Shown: one piece after another, positions 9,785 through 18,020 of the stretch
Layout of the letters: the number at the start of each line of letters is the position of its first letter
Numbering within the stretch: position 1 is the first letter of the stretch
NCBI GenBank assembly: GCA_965261545.1
Contig: CBDHDF010000007.1
Coordinates: 384,001 to 448,000, forward strand
Length of the DNA: 64,000 nucleotides
Direction: 5' to 3'
Origin: Bdellovibrionales bacterium
GTDB taxonomy: Bacteria > Bdellovibrionota > Bdellovibrionia > Bdellovibrionales > UBA1609
Notes under the pieces: model-generated
Told to the model about the DNA's origin: nothing
Seen by the model: the letters and a program-made list of their open reading frames with translations, nothing else
Databases searched by the model: none
Made by a program: the position numbers and the translations under genes

Positions 9785-11511
9785 TTTTACCGTACTATTT
9801 ACTCGTCACTCTTGCGGAGCTTTAGACATTAGCTGCGCCAAGGAATCCTGAAAAATACTCCATTTACCTCTGCCATAGGGCTGAAGGATGCATTTGGGGT
9901 CATGCCAAAAGTGGTGGGCAGAAAATCATTCCTCAGAATCTTGTGGCATAGTCCGAGTTAAATGATGAGCAAAATAAAGACACTTGACTAAACTCTGAAC
10001 GAAGAATAACTAAATCAGTACATCATCAACTGGCCGTTTTTCATTGGCGACGGCTTCTAAAAATGGCCAATTTTAATTGGCGCCTAACATTTGAGGCTCT
10101 GGAAGCTTTTGAGGAGTGGGCAAAGGAAACTCTTCTGAACTCACCTTTGATTCATGCTGACGAAACTGGAGTGAATGTTAATGGGAAGAGGCTGTGGTTT
10201 CACCTCTTGTCCAATGATACTGTGGTTCTCTATCAGGTGGACGAAAAAAGAGGCGCAGAGGCTATGGATCGCATGGGAATTCTTCCAAAATACACAGGGA
10301 TTGTTTGTCATGACCATTGGAAACCTTATTATACATATACTTCCTGCATTCATGCCCTTTGCAATGCGCACCATTTAAGGGAGCTTCAAAGAGCTTGGGA
10401 GCAAGATGATCAAAAATGGGCAAAAGAAATGAAGTCTCTTTTAGAGACAATAAACAAAGAGGTGCACGATACGCAGAACCAATGCCTTTCACAAGACCGA
10501 ATTGAATATTACAAAGAGAAATATCGAAATATTCTCTTCGAAGGGGAAAAGGAATCTCCATTAATGGAGAGGACAGAGAAAAAAAAGAAGGGAAAGGTTA
10601 AACAATCCAAATCTAGAAATTTACTAGATCGACTGAGAAACTTTGAAGATGATACCTTGCTATTTATGAAGGACCCCATAGTTCCATTTACGAATAATAT
10701 AGCAGAAAATGATCTGAGAATGACCAAAGTTCAGCAGAAAATATCTGGGTGCTTTCGTTCGTTGATGGGAGCCAAGACATTTTGTAGAAACCGAAGCTTT
10801 CTCCTGACTTGCCAGAAAAATGGCATAGAACCTAAAGATGCTCTAAATATGCTATTTCAAGGAAAACTTCCCTCATTTATGACTCGAATTCGCCCACCCC
10901 CTGAATAGTTACAAAATTTTTCAAGTAAGGATGATGCATCTCTTTATTTGAAAGAGACATTAAAAACTAAGAAAAATTTTTTTTCATTGAGGAATCCGAG
11001 AATAAATTTGTAATTGAGAGAAACCTCAATGTTTTTCGAGATGAGATGATAAAGATGGGCTGCTTGATTCTCATCACTAATAACATTCAAATGGATCGGG
11101 ATGAAATTTTAAGATTATATAGAAGAAAAGATTGTGTAGAAAAGGTTTTTCGTGCTTTTAAGCATGACATAGATGAGAAAAGAAATAGGACACATTCGTT
11201 GATCGCAATGAGAGGAAGTATTTTCATTAATTTTATCTCTTTAATTTTGATTACATGGGTTGATCATGTGATGAAGAAAAATGAGCTATACAAAAAAATG
11301 ACAAAAGCCGAACTTTATAAGATATTAGACCGTCTCAAGTTGTATGAGCTAGCCACAGGCACTCCCATACTTGGTGAAGTGTCAAAAAAGCAAAAAGATA
11401 TTTTTAAGGCGTTCAATGTAAGTACAAATATTAATCCCAGCCGTCGCTTCACAATGTCAGGACCTTAGGCCAGAATCCTTGTTACCATTTTTGTAGAATT
11501 CAGCTTTCTTA

Positions 11512-12342
11512 ATGGCACTTTCAGACAGGTTAAAAAATAAATCAAAGGATGAAAAAATTGATGTTCAGAGACTACGTCGGCAAATAGCTTTTGATCGTTT
11601 ACTTGCCAGATTATTTCATATAGAGCCAAGCCCTTGGGTTCTGAAGGGTGGATACGCAATGGAGCTTAGGGTAAGTCATCCCAGGGCGACCAAAGACATC
11701 GATTTAGCAGTAAGAACAGGTTTTTTTGAAGCACCCCCTTCTGAATCCCTCAATATGACAATTCTAAAAGAGCTCAGAACAAGAGGCAGCGAAGATTTGA
11801 ATGATTTTTTTATATTTCAGATTTCTGATCCAATAATGGACTTGGAAGCGGCTCCATATGGAGGAGCAAGGTTTTCAGTTGAAGCTTTGGTGGATGGCCG
11901 TTTATTTTCAAAGCTTCACTTGGATGTGGGTCTTGGTGATGATCTGATTGAACCTGTAGATATAGTGATTGGTGAAGATTGGTTGGGCTTTGCCGGTCTT
12001 CATACAAAAGGGATTCCCACATTATCAGTAAACCAACAGTTTGCGGAAAAGTTGCATGCTTACACTCTGCCAAGAGGAGGAAGAAGGAACTCTCGTGTCA
12101 AAGATCTTATTGATATGACCCTACTACTCAGATCAGGAAAGTTAAAAAAAGAAAAGGTTATAGAAGCCATTGAGAGAACATTTAAGAGAAGAGTGACCCA
12201 TGAAATCCCCCATAAGTTGTTGTCGCCGCCAGATGAGTGGAGAGAGCCGTTTTCAAAGTTAGCCAGAGATTGCGAGTTGGTTTTAAGTTCAGAGGATGCC
12301 TTTAGAGAGCTTAACTTGTATTTTTTAACCCTTTTTACTTGA
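11512..12342 (+). CDS. AbiEii/AbiGii-like nucleotidyltransferase toxin (type IV TA), orphan, probably N-terminally clipped
   Basis: RLRRQIAFDRLLARL, VLKGGYAM, RATKDIDL, AEKLHAY, SRVKDLID; no antitoxin upstream. Confidence 0.85.
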   Translation: MALSDRLKNKSKDEKIDVQRLRRQIAFDRLLARLFHIEPSPWVLKGGYAMELRVSHPRATKDIDLAVRTGFFEAPPSESLNMTILKELRTRGSEDLNDFFIFQISDPIMDLEAAPYGGARFSVEALVDGRLFSKLHLDVGLGDDLIEPVDIVIGEDWLGFAGLHTKGIPTLSVNQQFAEKLHAYTLPRGGRRNSRVKDLIDMTLLLRSGKLKKEKVIEAIERTFKRRVTHEIPHKLLSPPDEWREPFSKLARDCELVLSSEDAFRELNLYFLTLFT

Positions 12343-12440
12343 CTTGGATGGCATACTTATAGTACTTGAATTCGTGGTCGTTTTTATACACAACACTCCT
12401 TCTTTTTTATTTTTCTGATGTAACTACATGTTTCCCCCTT

Positions 12441-12514
12441 ATCCCGAGGCCCCGTCCTCTCACAGAACTGTGCATACGGGTCCGTACACAGCTCCTCATG
12501 CTAATCGAACCCAT
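12441..12514 (-). ncRNA. Remnant 3' end of a second group II intron (short domain V)
   Basis: Minus strand GAGCTGTGT-ACG-GACC-CGT-AT-GCACAGTTC then TGTGAGAGG: 9-bp stem, AGC triad, 2-nt bulge. Confidence 0.6.
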
Positions 12515-12546
12515 TGTTAGGCGCCAATTAAAATTGGCGCCTAACA
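12515..12546. mobile_element. 32-bp palindrome made of two IS21 right ends
   Basis: TGTTAGGCGCCAATT-AA-AATTGGCGCCTAACA; arms identical to the IS21 end at 10075-10089. Confidence 0.85.
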
Positions 12547-12850
12547 CAAGGTGAATGGGCATATCTTCATTATGCCACTTCGCTTGGATCAGAGTTTTCG
12601 AGAGATAATCTTACTCTCAGATGGAAAACTTCTCCGATATGTTTTGAAAGTTTATCTGTACTCCATTTTTGTCTATTTGCCACAAAATCGGAGACCGCTT
12701 GAATGGAAAGGCCAGATTTTTCAGAAAAGCTTTGAAGCCCCATTGCTTTGATCGTTTCACGAAGAGCTGTATCCACAGCAAGCCCTTCTGCTTCAACGAT
12801 GTTTAATAAGTAGCTTTTGGCGTACTCAGGGTTTTCAAATTTCTTAGCTA

Positions 12851-14749
12851 CCTGAAATCCCTAAAAGTTGTAACTAGGTTTAATGTATTGCGTTAACTTT
12901 CCTCTCTTCCTATGGAATTGGCTGCTGTCAACGGTTTGAGAGGTTTAATAGTATTAATATATTTAATATGATTCATAAGAATTTGCTGCGAAAGGTCCTC
13001 TTCGTCTCCATTGGATAGATGAGGCATAGTGGTAGCCACAGCCACCGTCACATTTGAAACAGATAAAAAACATCATTTTGTCTTGGGAAGCCCATCTATT
13101 TGGAAGGCTGAAAAAATATCCTTTTGTTTTTTAGACAGCTCTCCAAGCATCAGATCACCTGTAGCTAATTCATAAAATTTTAATCGGTCCATCATTTTGT
13201 AAATTTCTATTTTAGACATTTTTTTATATAACTTCTTATCTTTCATAACAGTATCAATATGTGAAATTAAAATTAAAGAGAGAAAATTAATAAAGATGCT
13301 TCCCCTCATATTCATGAGAGAATGAACTCGACTTCTCCTTCCATTAATATCATGCTTGAATGAGAAAAATACTTTCTCAATGATATCTTTGTTTCGATAT
13401 AAACTCAATATATCTGTTTTCTTTAAATCATGACTATTTGTAATTAATATCATAATACCCAGCGTAGAAGATTCTTCATTAATATTTTCTTCATTTAAAG
13501 AAATCTTAAATGGAGTGCAATCAGAGATATTGAGAAACCTTTTTTTATTTCCTAAAGTTTCTTTCATATAGGAACTAGCTTGTTCTTCTGATTTCAAATC
13601 TTTCTCAAGAAAGAGTTTCATAAAATCAAGCAACTCTTTCATTAACACAGATTCCTCATAAACCCTTCTTTCTTTGTCTAAGAAAATATGAGCCGTACAA
13701 TCAAATCCTCCGATTTTTATTGATTCTTTGCAATGCGAATAAATTTCCTCATTAAAAGTAAAAGAGCATGATGGAGATTTTATTTTCTCATTTAAAGCCA
13801 CAGCAAGCTCTCTTGAGAGTTTTGTTCTAAAACTCATGGGTATCAAATACTTCAATTCCTTACGATGCAGTCCCTTAATATTTTCTACACTAGAAAAACC
13901 CTTATCCATAACTAAACAATCTAAATCTAATTTATAACTTGTTATGATCTCAATAATATTCGATAAAGTTTTGACATCCGGTATACTTCCAGGATAGATT
14001 CTGTACGCTATAGGCGTATGAGTTTTATTGTCTTCAGATTTCCTACTTATCAGACCTAAGTTTATCTGTTCGAGATTCTCTCCATCTCTGTTGTAACCTT
14101 TCTCTAAAAATTCATTATTCATAGAGTAGGAAGAAAAGGATGTGATGTCAAACATTACCGTACCAGAACCCTTCACTTGACTTATCCATTCGCTAAAGAA
14201 AGATTCTATCTTTTTTTGATCTCTCCCAAGATCACATAAGAGATTGCTTATTTTTTGTGACGACATAAAATTTTTCTTTGAAACATAAGCTTCTTGACAC
14301 CACATATCGTAAAGATAAAAGGGCTCTCTTTTGATTATTTTAAAAAAAACTAAATGCAAATAATGTTCGTAATTATCTGGATAAATTTTAGACAATGTTT
14401 TTAGAAGATTTAGTTGTTCGCATATTTTCTCTAAGAAAAATAAGGCTCCCACATTATAGGAGCCTATGGGAATCTTTTTTCTTTTGGTCTTAATTTGACC
14501 TGTAAACTCATCCTTTCTTCCAAGGTAGATGCGTTTTTGCCTGGCCTGCTTTTTTTCCTTGTCCCAAAAGCTTTCAACTTTATAGACATAGGTTTTTCCC
14601 TTATTTTTTTGCTCAAAAGTGTATGACATCGTTAATATTGTAACTATGCTTTTGAAGAGATGACAATCTCTTAATCAAAGTGAAGGCCTTCTCAGACAAT
14701 AATCAGGACTTAAGCCCTACACCTAGTTACAACTTTTAGGGATTTCAGG
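12851..14749 (-). mobile_element. IS1634-family element B, intact
   Basis: Perfect 29-bp IRs CCTGAAATCCCTAAAAGTTGTAACTAGGT; 6-bp target duplication TAGCTA (12845-12850, 14750-14755). Confidence 0.95.
13073..14629 (-). CDS. IS1634-family transposase
   Basis: YVY..ESFWDKEKKQARQKR.YLG, FDITSFSSY, GYNRDGE, MDKGF, YRNKDIIEK. Confidence 0.92.
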   Translation of the reverse strand: MSYTFEQKNKGKTYVYKVESFWDKEKKQARQKRIYLGRKDEFTGQIKTKRKKIPIGSYNVGALFFLEKICEQLNLLKTLSKIYPDNYEHYLHLVFFKIIKREPFYLYDMWCQEAYVSKKNFMSSQKISNLLCDLGRDQKKIESFFSEWISQVKGSGTVMFDITSFSSYSMNNEFLEKGYNRDGENLEQINLGLISRKSEDNKTHTPIAYRIYPGSIPDVKTLSNIIEIITSYKLDLDCLVMDKGFSSVENIKGLHRKELKYLIPMSFRTKLSRELAVALNEKIKSPSCSFTFNEEIYSHCKESIKIGGFDCTAHIFLDKERRVYEESVLMKELLDFMKLFLEKDLKSEEQASSYMKETLGNKKRFLNISDCTPFKISLNEENINEESSTLGIMILITNSHDLKKTDILSLYRNKDIIEKVFFSFKHDINGRRSRVHSLMNMRGSIFINFLSLILISHIDTVMKDKKLYKKMSKIEIYKMMDRLKFYELATGDLMLGELSKKQKDIFSAFQIDGLPKTK

Positions 14750-14772
14750 TAGCTAATACTTCATCATAGCTT

Positions 14773-14949
14773 TTACTTCTGTTTGCCATAATAACTCCAA
14801 TACTCCATGGCTTTTTTTATGTCTCTACTTTGTGTTCTTTTGTTTCCACCAATTAGGAGAAGAATGAGTTGGTCACCACCCTCTCCAAAATACACTCTCC
14901 CAGAAGCATGTGGGATCTTAATTTCAAAAACACCATCCTTTAAATTTTT
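14773..14949 (-). pseudogene. RelE/ParE-superfamily toxin (addiction-module killer type), C-terminal half only
   Basis: KNLKDGVFEIKI..GRVYFG...LILLLIGGNKRTQSRDIKKA; 5' half replaced by the element at 14950-15216. Confidence 0.8.
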
Positions 14950-15216
14950 CATAGTGGTCCCTTTAATTGGTCCTAGAAATCGAACCATTTTGAAACAAAA
15001 CATCTCAAGTCGCTGAAATAACATGTGAAAAATGAGTGAAAATTGTCAACTTTCTACTCAAGTTATCAGGACCTTAATCCGATATTGTATAGGAGGTTGA
15101 CAATGAAATGTAAAAATTGTGGATCAGAAAACACCATAAAGAAGTCCAGCTAGTTTAGCAACTCTCTTTTCGTCACTTTCTCATTTTGAATAGGACCAAT
15201 TAAAGGGACCACTATG
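14950..15216 (+). mobile_element. Internally deleted IS1-like element (MITE)
   Basis: Perfect 26-bp IRs CATAGTGGTCCCTTTAATTGGTCCTA / TAGGACCAATTAAAGGGACCACTATG; AGGAGG plus MKCKNCGSENTIKK zinc-ribbon stub near 15103. Confidence 0.75.
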
Positions 15217-15259
15217 CTTTAATTTGAAGAAGATCATAGTCTGGGAAGATTAAATTTGA

Positions 15260-15604
15260 ATGGCGAATTCTAAAAACAAAAGCTCGAAGATGTCGAAGCC
15301 CGGCTTTATTCCACAGAAGTTAAAACCATGGATTGAAGCCCGGAAGCAATTCCACTTGTCGCATGCGCAGATTCAGATGGCCCGAGAACTCGGTATGAAC
15401 CCTAAAAAATTGGGAGGTATGGCAAACCACAAGCAGGAGCCATGGAAGGTGCCGTTGCCTCAGTACATTGAGCATCTTTACCAAAAGCAATTCGGTAAGG
15501 ATACTCCTGACGACGTGCGCCCCATCGAAACTAAAGTGGTTGATAAACGCAAAAAGACGGAGGCAAAGAAGAGAATAAAAAGTTCAAAACGTGAAGACGT
15601 ATAA
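15260..15604 (+). CDS. Conserved-looking basic hypothetical protein
   Basis: WIEARKQFHLSHAQIQMARELGMNPKKLG..NHKQEPWK.PLP motif; 114-aa ORF. Confidence 0.75.
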   Translation: MANSKNKSSKMSKPGFIPQKLKPWIEARKQFHLSHAQIQMARELGMNPKKLGGMANHKQEPWKVPLPQYIEHLYQKQFGKDTPDDVRPIETKVVDKRKKTEAKKRIKSSKREDV

Positions 15605-15622
15605 CATGTCATTCAAGTTGAC
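15599..15622 (+). other. Possible left half of an integron attC site
   Basis: Stop codon lies within GTATAAC, then a 5-nt spacer and ATTCAAGTTGAC, resembling R''-spacer-L''; complementary half not found. Confidence 0.35.
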
Positions 15623-15650
15623 ACTATGTTGAGGCAGGAGCGACGCCTAT

Positions 15651-15738
15651 GGGCTTGTCCAAAAATAAGTTGAACAATTCTAAGTTTTAAGTCGAAGATA
15701 AAAGATTTAAACTGTCCAATTTATTTATGGACAAGCCC
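15651..15738. mobile_element. 88-bp MITE with IS5-family-like ends
   Basis: 26-bp imperfect IRs GGGCTTGTCCA(A/T)AAATAA..; TAT duplicated on both sides. Confidence 0.8.
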
Positions 15739-15868
15739 TATGAACCTCAATGTTCACATTATTTTTATCCATACATAAAATAAAAATGAAAATGAAATAT
15801 CCTAGTTGTTCAAGTTATTTGGTTAAGAGCCCTTAGTTAGTCGCTGTCGCGAAATTAAAAAGGGCCGT

Positions 15869-17356
15869 TTATGTGCCCTCATTTGGACTTGGGCTCTGAA
15901 GTAGCCTCTTTTTAACTTTCCCTTGTTCTACCCACCCTTGAAGCTTGGAGTTGGCATCGTCACCGCTAAATTTCTCATAATTTGGTGCAGATTGAACCCC
16001 ATGGTCGAGCGATACCCCGAAGCCAGTGTGGCCCCATCCCCTTTCATCTTGCTTCTTGCTAATCCAAAGTTTTTGACATGCCCTATGAGAGGTTCGACCC
16101 CCGACCTGCGATTGTATAATTCTTCTTTCTGGGGGGCTTCGACCTGTTCTTTTACGTTGGCAGGTCTTTGAATTCCATCTGCATTTCCCACAACATCTTT
16201 GACGAGATTGACGTTGGCTTGTGAATAATACCCCTTGTCTGTTGTAACTGACTCTAAAATATCTTCGCCAAATATTTTTTGATGTTCTTCCAATATAGCT
16301 GGCAATGACTCCTTGTCGTCCATTCTCACAGAAGTGCAAGTATAGGGAACAATAAAATTTCCACCAATCCGCCCGACTTGGAAGACCCTCCCAAACTCCT
16401 TGTCTTTGCCTAACTTCCCCTTTTTGATACAGGCGACCGCACACAATTTGAAGGCAAGGATTTTGCCAGGCTTGATGGTGTGAGTTCTTACAAAATGGGC
16501 CACGTCCAAAAGGTATCTCCAAGCCTTGTCTCTCACTTCTGTGACGGCTTCTCGGTGGTTCCAAGGAAGACTCGCTAGAGCCTGTGGAGAAAGATTTTCT
16601 GCAAACCTTATAAAGGCTTTTAACTCTGACTTTACAAGACTGTGAAGGTCTGAAAATACCTCCCTCTTCTTCTCTAATACACAATTTTTGGCTAGAAAAA
16701 AATACTTTCGAGCGGCCTTGATGATGGCTTTGATATCTATGGTTATACCCGATGGTAAGTAGGTCTTCTGCTTTTCTTGAAGATACGAAAGAATTTTGTA
16801 ACACTTCTGAGCCAACTTTTTCAAAAGACTGGCATCGGAGGGATAAGCCATATTGGCTTCCTGAACGGTCGAATCGACATCCAAATGAGAGGCGTCTGCA
16901 AACCCCAGGGATTGAGCCAAGCGAAGAATATAATCTCCTATTTCTTTGTGAGTCTCTTCCGTCAGTCGATTGCGAAATTTTTCTATTTTCGTATGATCGG
17001 GACAACACCATTTTTTGAGGATATTTAGACCACAAAAAAGCTGATAACTGGCCGTTTCTTTTATCCGTTGCTCCACCCCTCGATCCGTGAGTTTGAATAG
17101 AACCTGAAGCAGCAGCACGGCTAGATGAACTCTTAAAAAGAGCTTTCTTCCTAGCCACCAAAAACCCTTTGCAGTCGTGGCTTTTAAGTCGGGCATGACC
17201 AGACACGACAGATAGCTCCAATCGACGTGGTTGGCCAGTTGAATCAGAGGATCGGATTCTGTGACGATAATAGATACCTTGGCAGGGTGGACCTTGGTTT
17301 CGAGGCCTTCTGGGCATAAACTCATAGCGATAATCCTTTATCATGAGGTGAAACAT
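15869..17356 (-). CDS. Candidate overprinted ORF in an alternative frame of the transposase
   Basis: Stop-free for 510 codons (15869..17401) with in-frame ATGs at 17356, 17344 and 17317; no recognisable motif. Confidence 0.4.
   Translation of the reverse strand: MFHLMIKDYRYEFMPRRPRNQGPPCQGIYYRHRIRSSDSTGQPRRLELSVVSGHARLKSHDCKGFLVARKKALFKSSSSRAAASGSIQTHGSRGGATDKRNGQLSAFLWSKYPQKMVLSRSYENRKISQSTDGRDSQRNRRLYSSLGSIPGVCRRLSFGCRFDRSGSQYGLSLRCQSFEKVGSEVLQNSFVSSRKAEDLLTIGYNHRYQSHHQGRSKVFFSSQKLCIREEEGGIFRPSQSCKVRVKSLYKVCRKSFSTGSSESSLEPPRSRHRSERQGLEIPFGRGPFCKNSHHQAWQNPCLQIVCGRLYQKGEVRQRQGVWEGLPSRADWWKFYCSLYLHFCENGRQGVIASYIGRTSKNIWRRYFRVSYNRQGVLFTSQRQSRQRCCGKCRWNSKTCQRKRTGRSPPERRIIQSQVGGRTSHRACQKLWISKKQDERGWGHTGFGVSLDHGVQSAPNYEKFSGDDANSKLQGWVEQGKVKKRLLQSPSPNEGT
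15928..17325 (-). CDS. DDE transposase, ISNCY/IS5-like
   Basis: PDHTKIEKFRNRL, DSTVQEANMAYPSDASLL, KEFGR, TDKGY, RSGVEPLIGHVK. Confidence 0.9.
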   Translation of the reverse strand: MSLCPEGLETKVHPAKVSIIVTESDPLIQLANHVDWSYLSCLVMPDLKATTAKGFWWLGRKLFLRVHLAVLLLQVLFKLTDRGVEQRIKETASYQLFCGLNILKKWCCPDHTKIEKFRNRLTEETHKEIGDYILRLAQSLGFADASHLDVDSTVQEANMAYPSDASLLKKLAQKCYKILSYLQEKQKTYLPSGITIDIKAIIKAARKYFFLAKNCVLEKKREVFSDLHSLVKSELKAFIRFAENLSPQALASLPWNHREAVTEVRDKAWRYLLDVAHFVRTHTIKPGKILAFKLCAVACIKKGKLGKDKEFGRVFQVGRIGGNFIVPYTCTSVRMDDKESLPAILEEHQKIFGEDILESVTTDKGYYSQANVNLVKDVVGNADGIQRPANVKEQVEAPQKEELYNRRSGVEPLIGHVKNFGLARSKMKGDGATLASGYRSTMGFNLHQIMRNLAVTMPTPSFKGG

Positions 17357-17381
17357 GGTAATAAGGTTAACAGGAGGCCCA

Positions 17382-17822
17382 ATGAAAAAGAAGCAAATCA
17401 TTCAACCAAGAAGGAAAGAACTTGAAAAGGCTATTAGTGATTTTTGTGACCAATATATAAACGATGAGTATAAAAACCTCTGTCACGGTGTAGTAGCAAG
17501 AATGTCTCGAAAAAGACAAGTCCCTTACATGACAGGAAGAGTAGAAATTTGGGCTGCGGGGATTATTCATGCCATTGGGAGAATTAACTTTCTTTATGAT
17601 AGCAAGACGTCACCATATGTTTCCATGGATGAGATTGTTGAGCACTTCAACACATCAAAAAGGACAGTGGGGCCAAAAGCAAAAATCATCATGGATATGT
17701 GTAAAATGAACCATTTTGACCCAGAATTCTCTACTCGCTATCTTCAGGAGAGGAGTCCATTTAAAAATCTTATGCAAATTGAAAATTATATTTATCAAAA
17801 AGACCACCTTGAAGCTGAATGA
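17382..17822 (+). CDS. DUF6398-like protein, IS passenger
   Basis: FCDQYINDEY, RKRQVP..G...WAAGIIHAIG.INFLYD, FDPEF; GGAGG RBS; lies inside the IRs. Confidence 0.7.
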   Translation: MKKKQIIQPRRKELEKAISDFCDQYINDEYKNLCHGVVARMSRKRQVPYMTGRVEIWAAGIIHAIGRINFLYDSKTSPYVSMDEIVEHFNTSKRTVGPKAKIIMDMCKMNHFDPEFSTRYLQERSPFKNLMQIENYIYQKDHLEAE

Positions 17823-18020
17823 TGGATTTCTTAAGTCTATTTCGCGACAGCGACTAGTTAAAGAGATAGTTATTGTTCAAATATAACTATTGCGATTCCA
17901 CCCTTTTTAAAGTGACTGTGTAGAATATTGAAAGTCATGTCTTTAGCTCCTAGGCTATCTGTCCAGCAGCGCAAAGTCACAGAATCTCCTGATTCGTTCA
18001 TTTGAATACGGTCAATGAGG

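Larger units (their letters stand above)
6789..10089 (+). mobile_element. IS21-family element, complete
   Basis: TGTTAG...CTAACA ends, several internal GTCGCCAAT(G/T)AAAA repeats, 5-bp target duplication TTTGA (6784-6788, 10090-10094). Confidence 0.95.
6166..10908 (+). pseudogene. IS66 transposase split by IS21 (6166-6788 + 10095-10908)
   Basis: NSQNSSIAPSQD, GGQPGHEG, HADETG, CNAHHLREL, TNNIAENDLR; removing IS21 and one TTTGA restores a 478-aa frame (NKSAFEALEAF). Confidence 0.92.
5891..10912 (+). mobile_element. IS66-family element (single-ORF type) interrupted by IS21
   Basis: Perfect 18-bp IRs GTAACTATTCAGGGGGTG / CACCCCCTGAATAGTTAC. Confidence 0.92.
3279..11469 (+). pseudogene. IS1634-family transposase A in three pieces (3279-3777, 5651-5890, 10913-11468)
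   Basis: Pieces align in order with the intact 13073..14629 transposase (FKIIKKEP, FDITSISSY, RGYNRDGENLEQVNLG, MDKGFYS, YRRKDCVEKVF, LKLYELATG); extra frameshifts near 3600 and 11000; 5' part missing. Confidence 0.9.
12570..14789 (-). pseudogene. HTH antitoxin (addiction-module antidote type) split by IS1634-B
   Basis: Removing the IS and one TAGCTA gives 104 aa MANRSKSYDEVLAKKFENPEYAKSYLL...ALRETIKAMG...; start overlaps the toxin 3' end. Confidence 0.8.
15840..17854 (-). mobile_element. ISNCY/IS5-like element carrying a passenger gene
   Basis: Perfect IRs GTCGCTGTCGCGAAAT / ATTTCGCGACAGCGAC; TAGTTA duplicated at 15834-15839 and 17855-17860. Confidence 0.9.
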
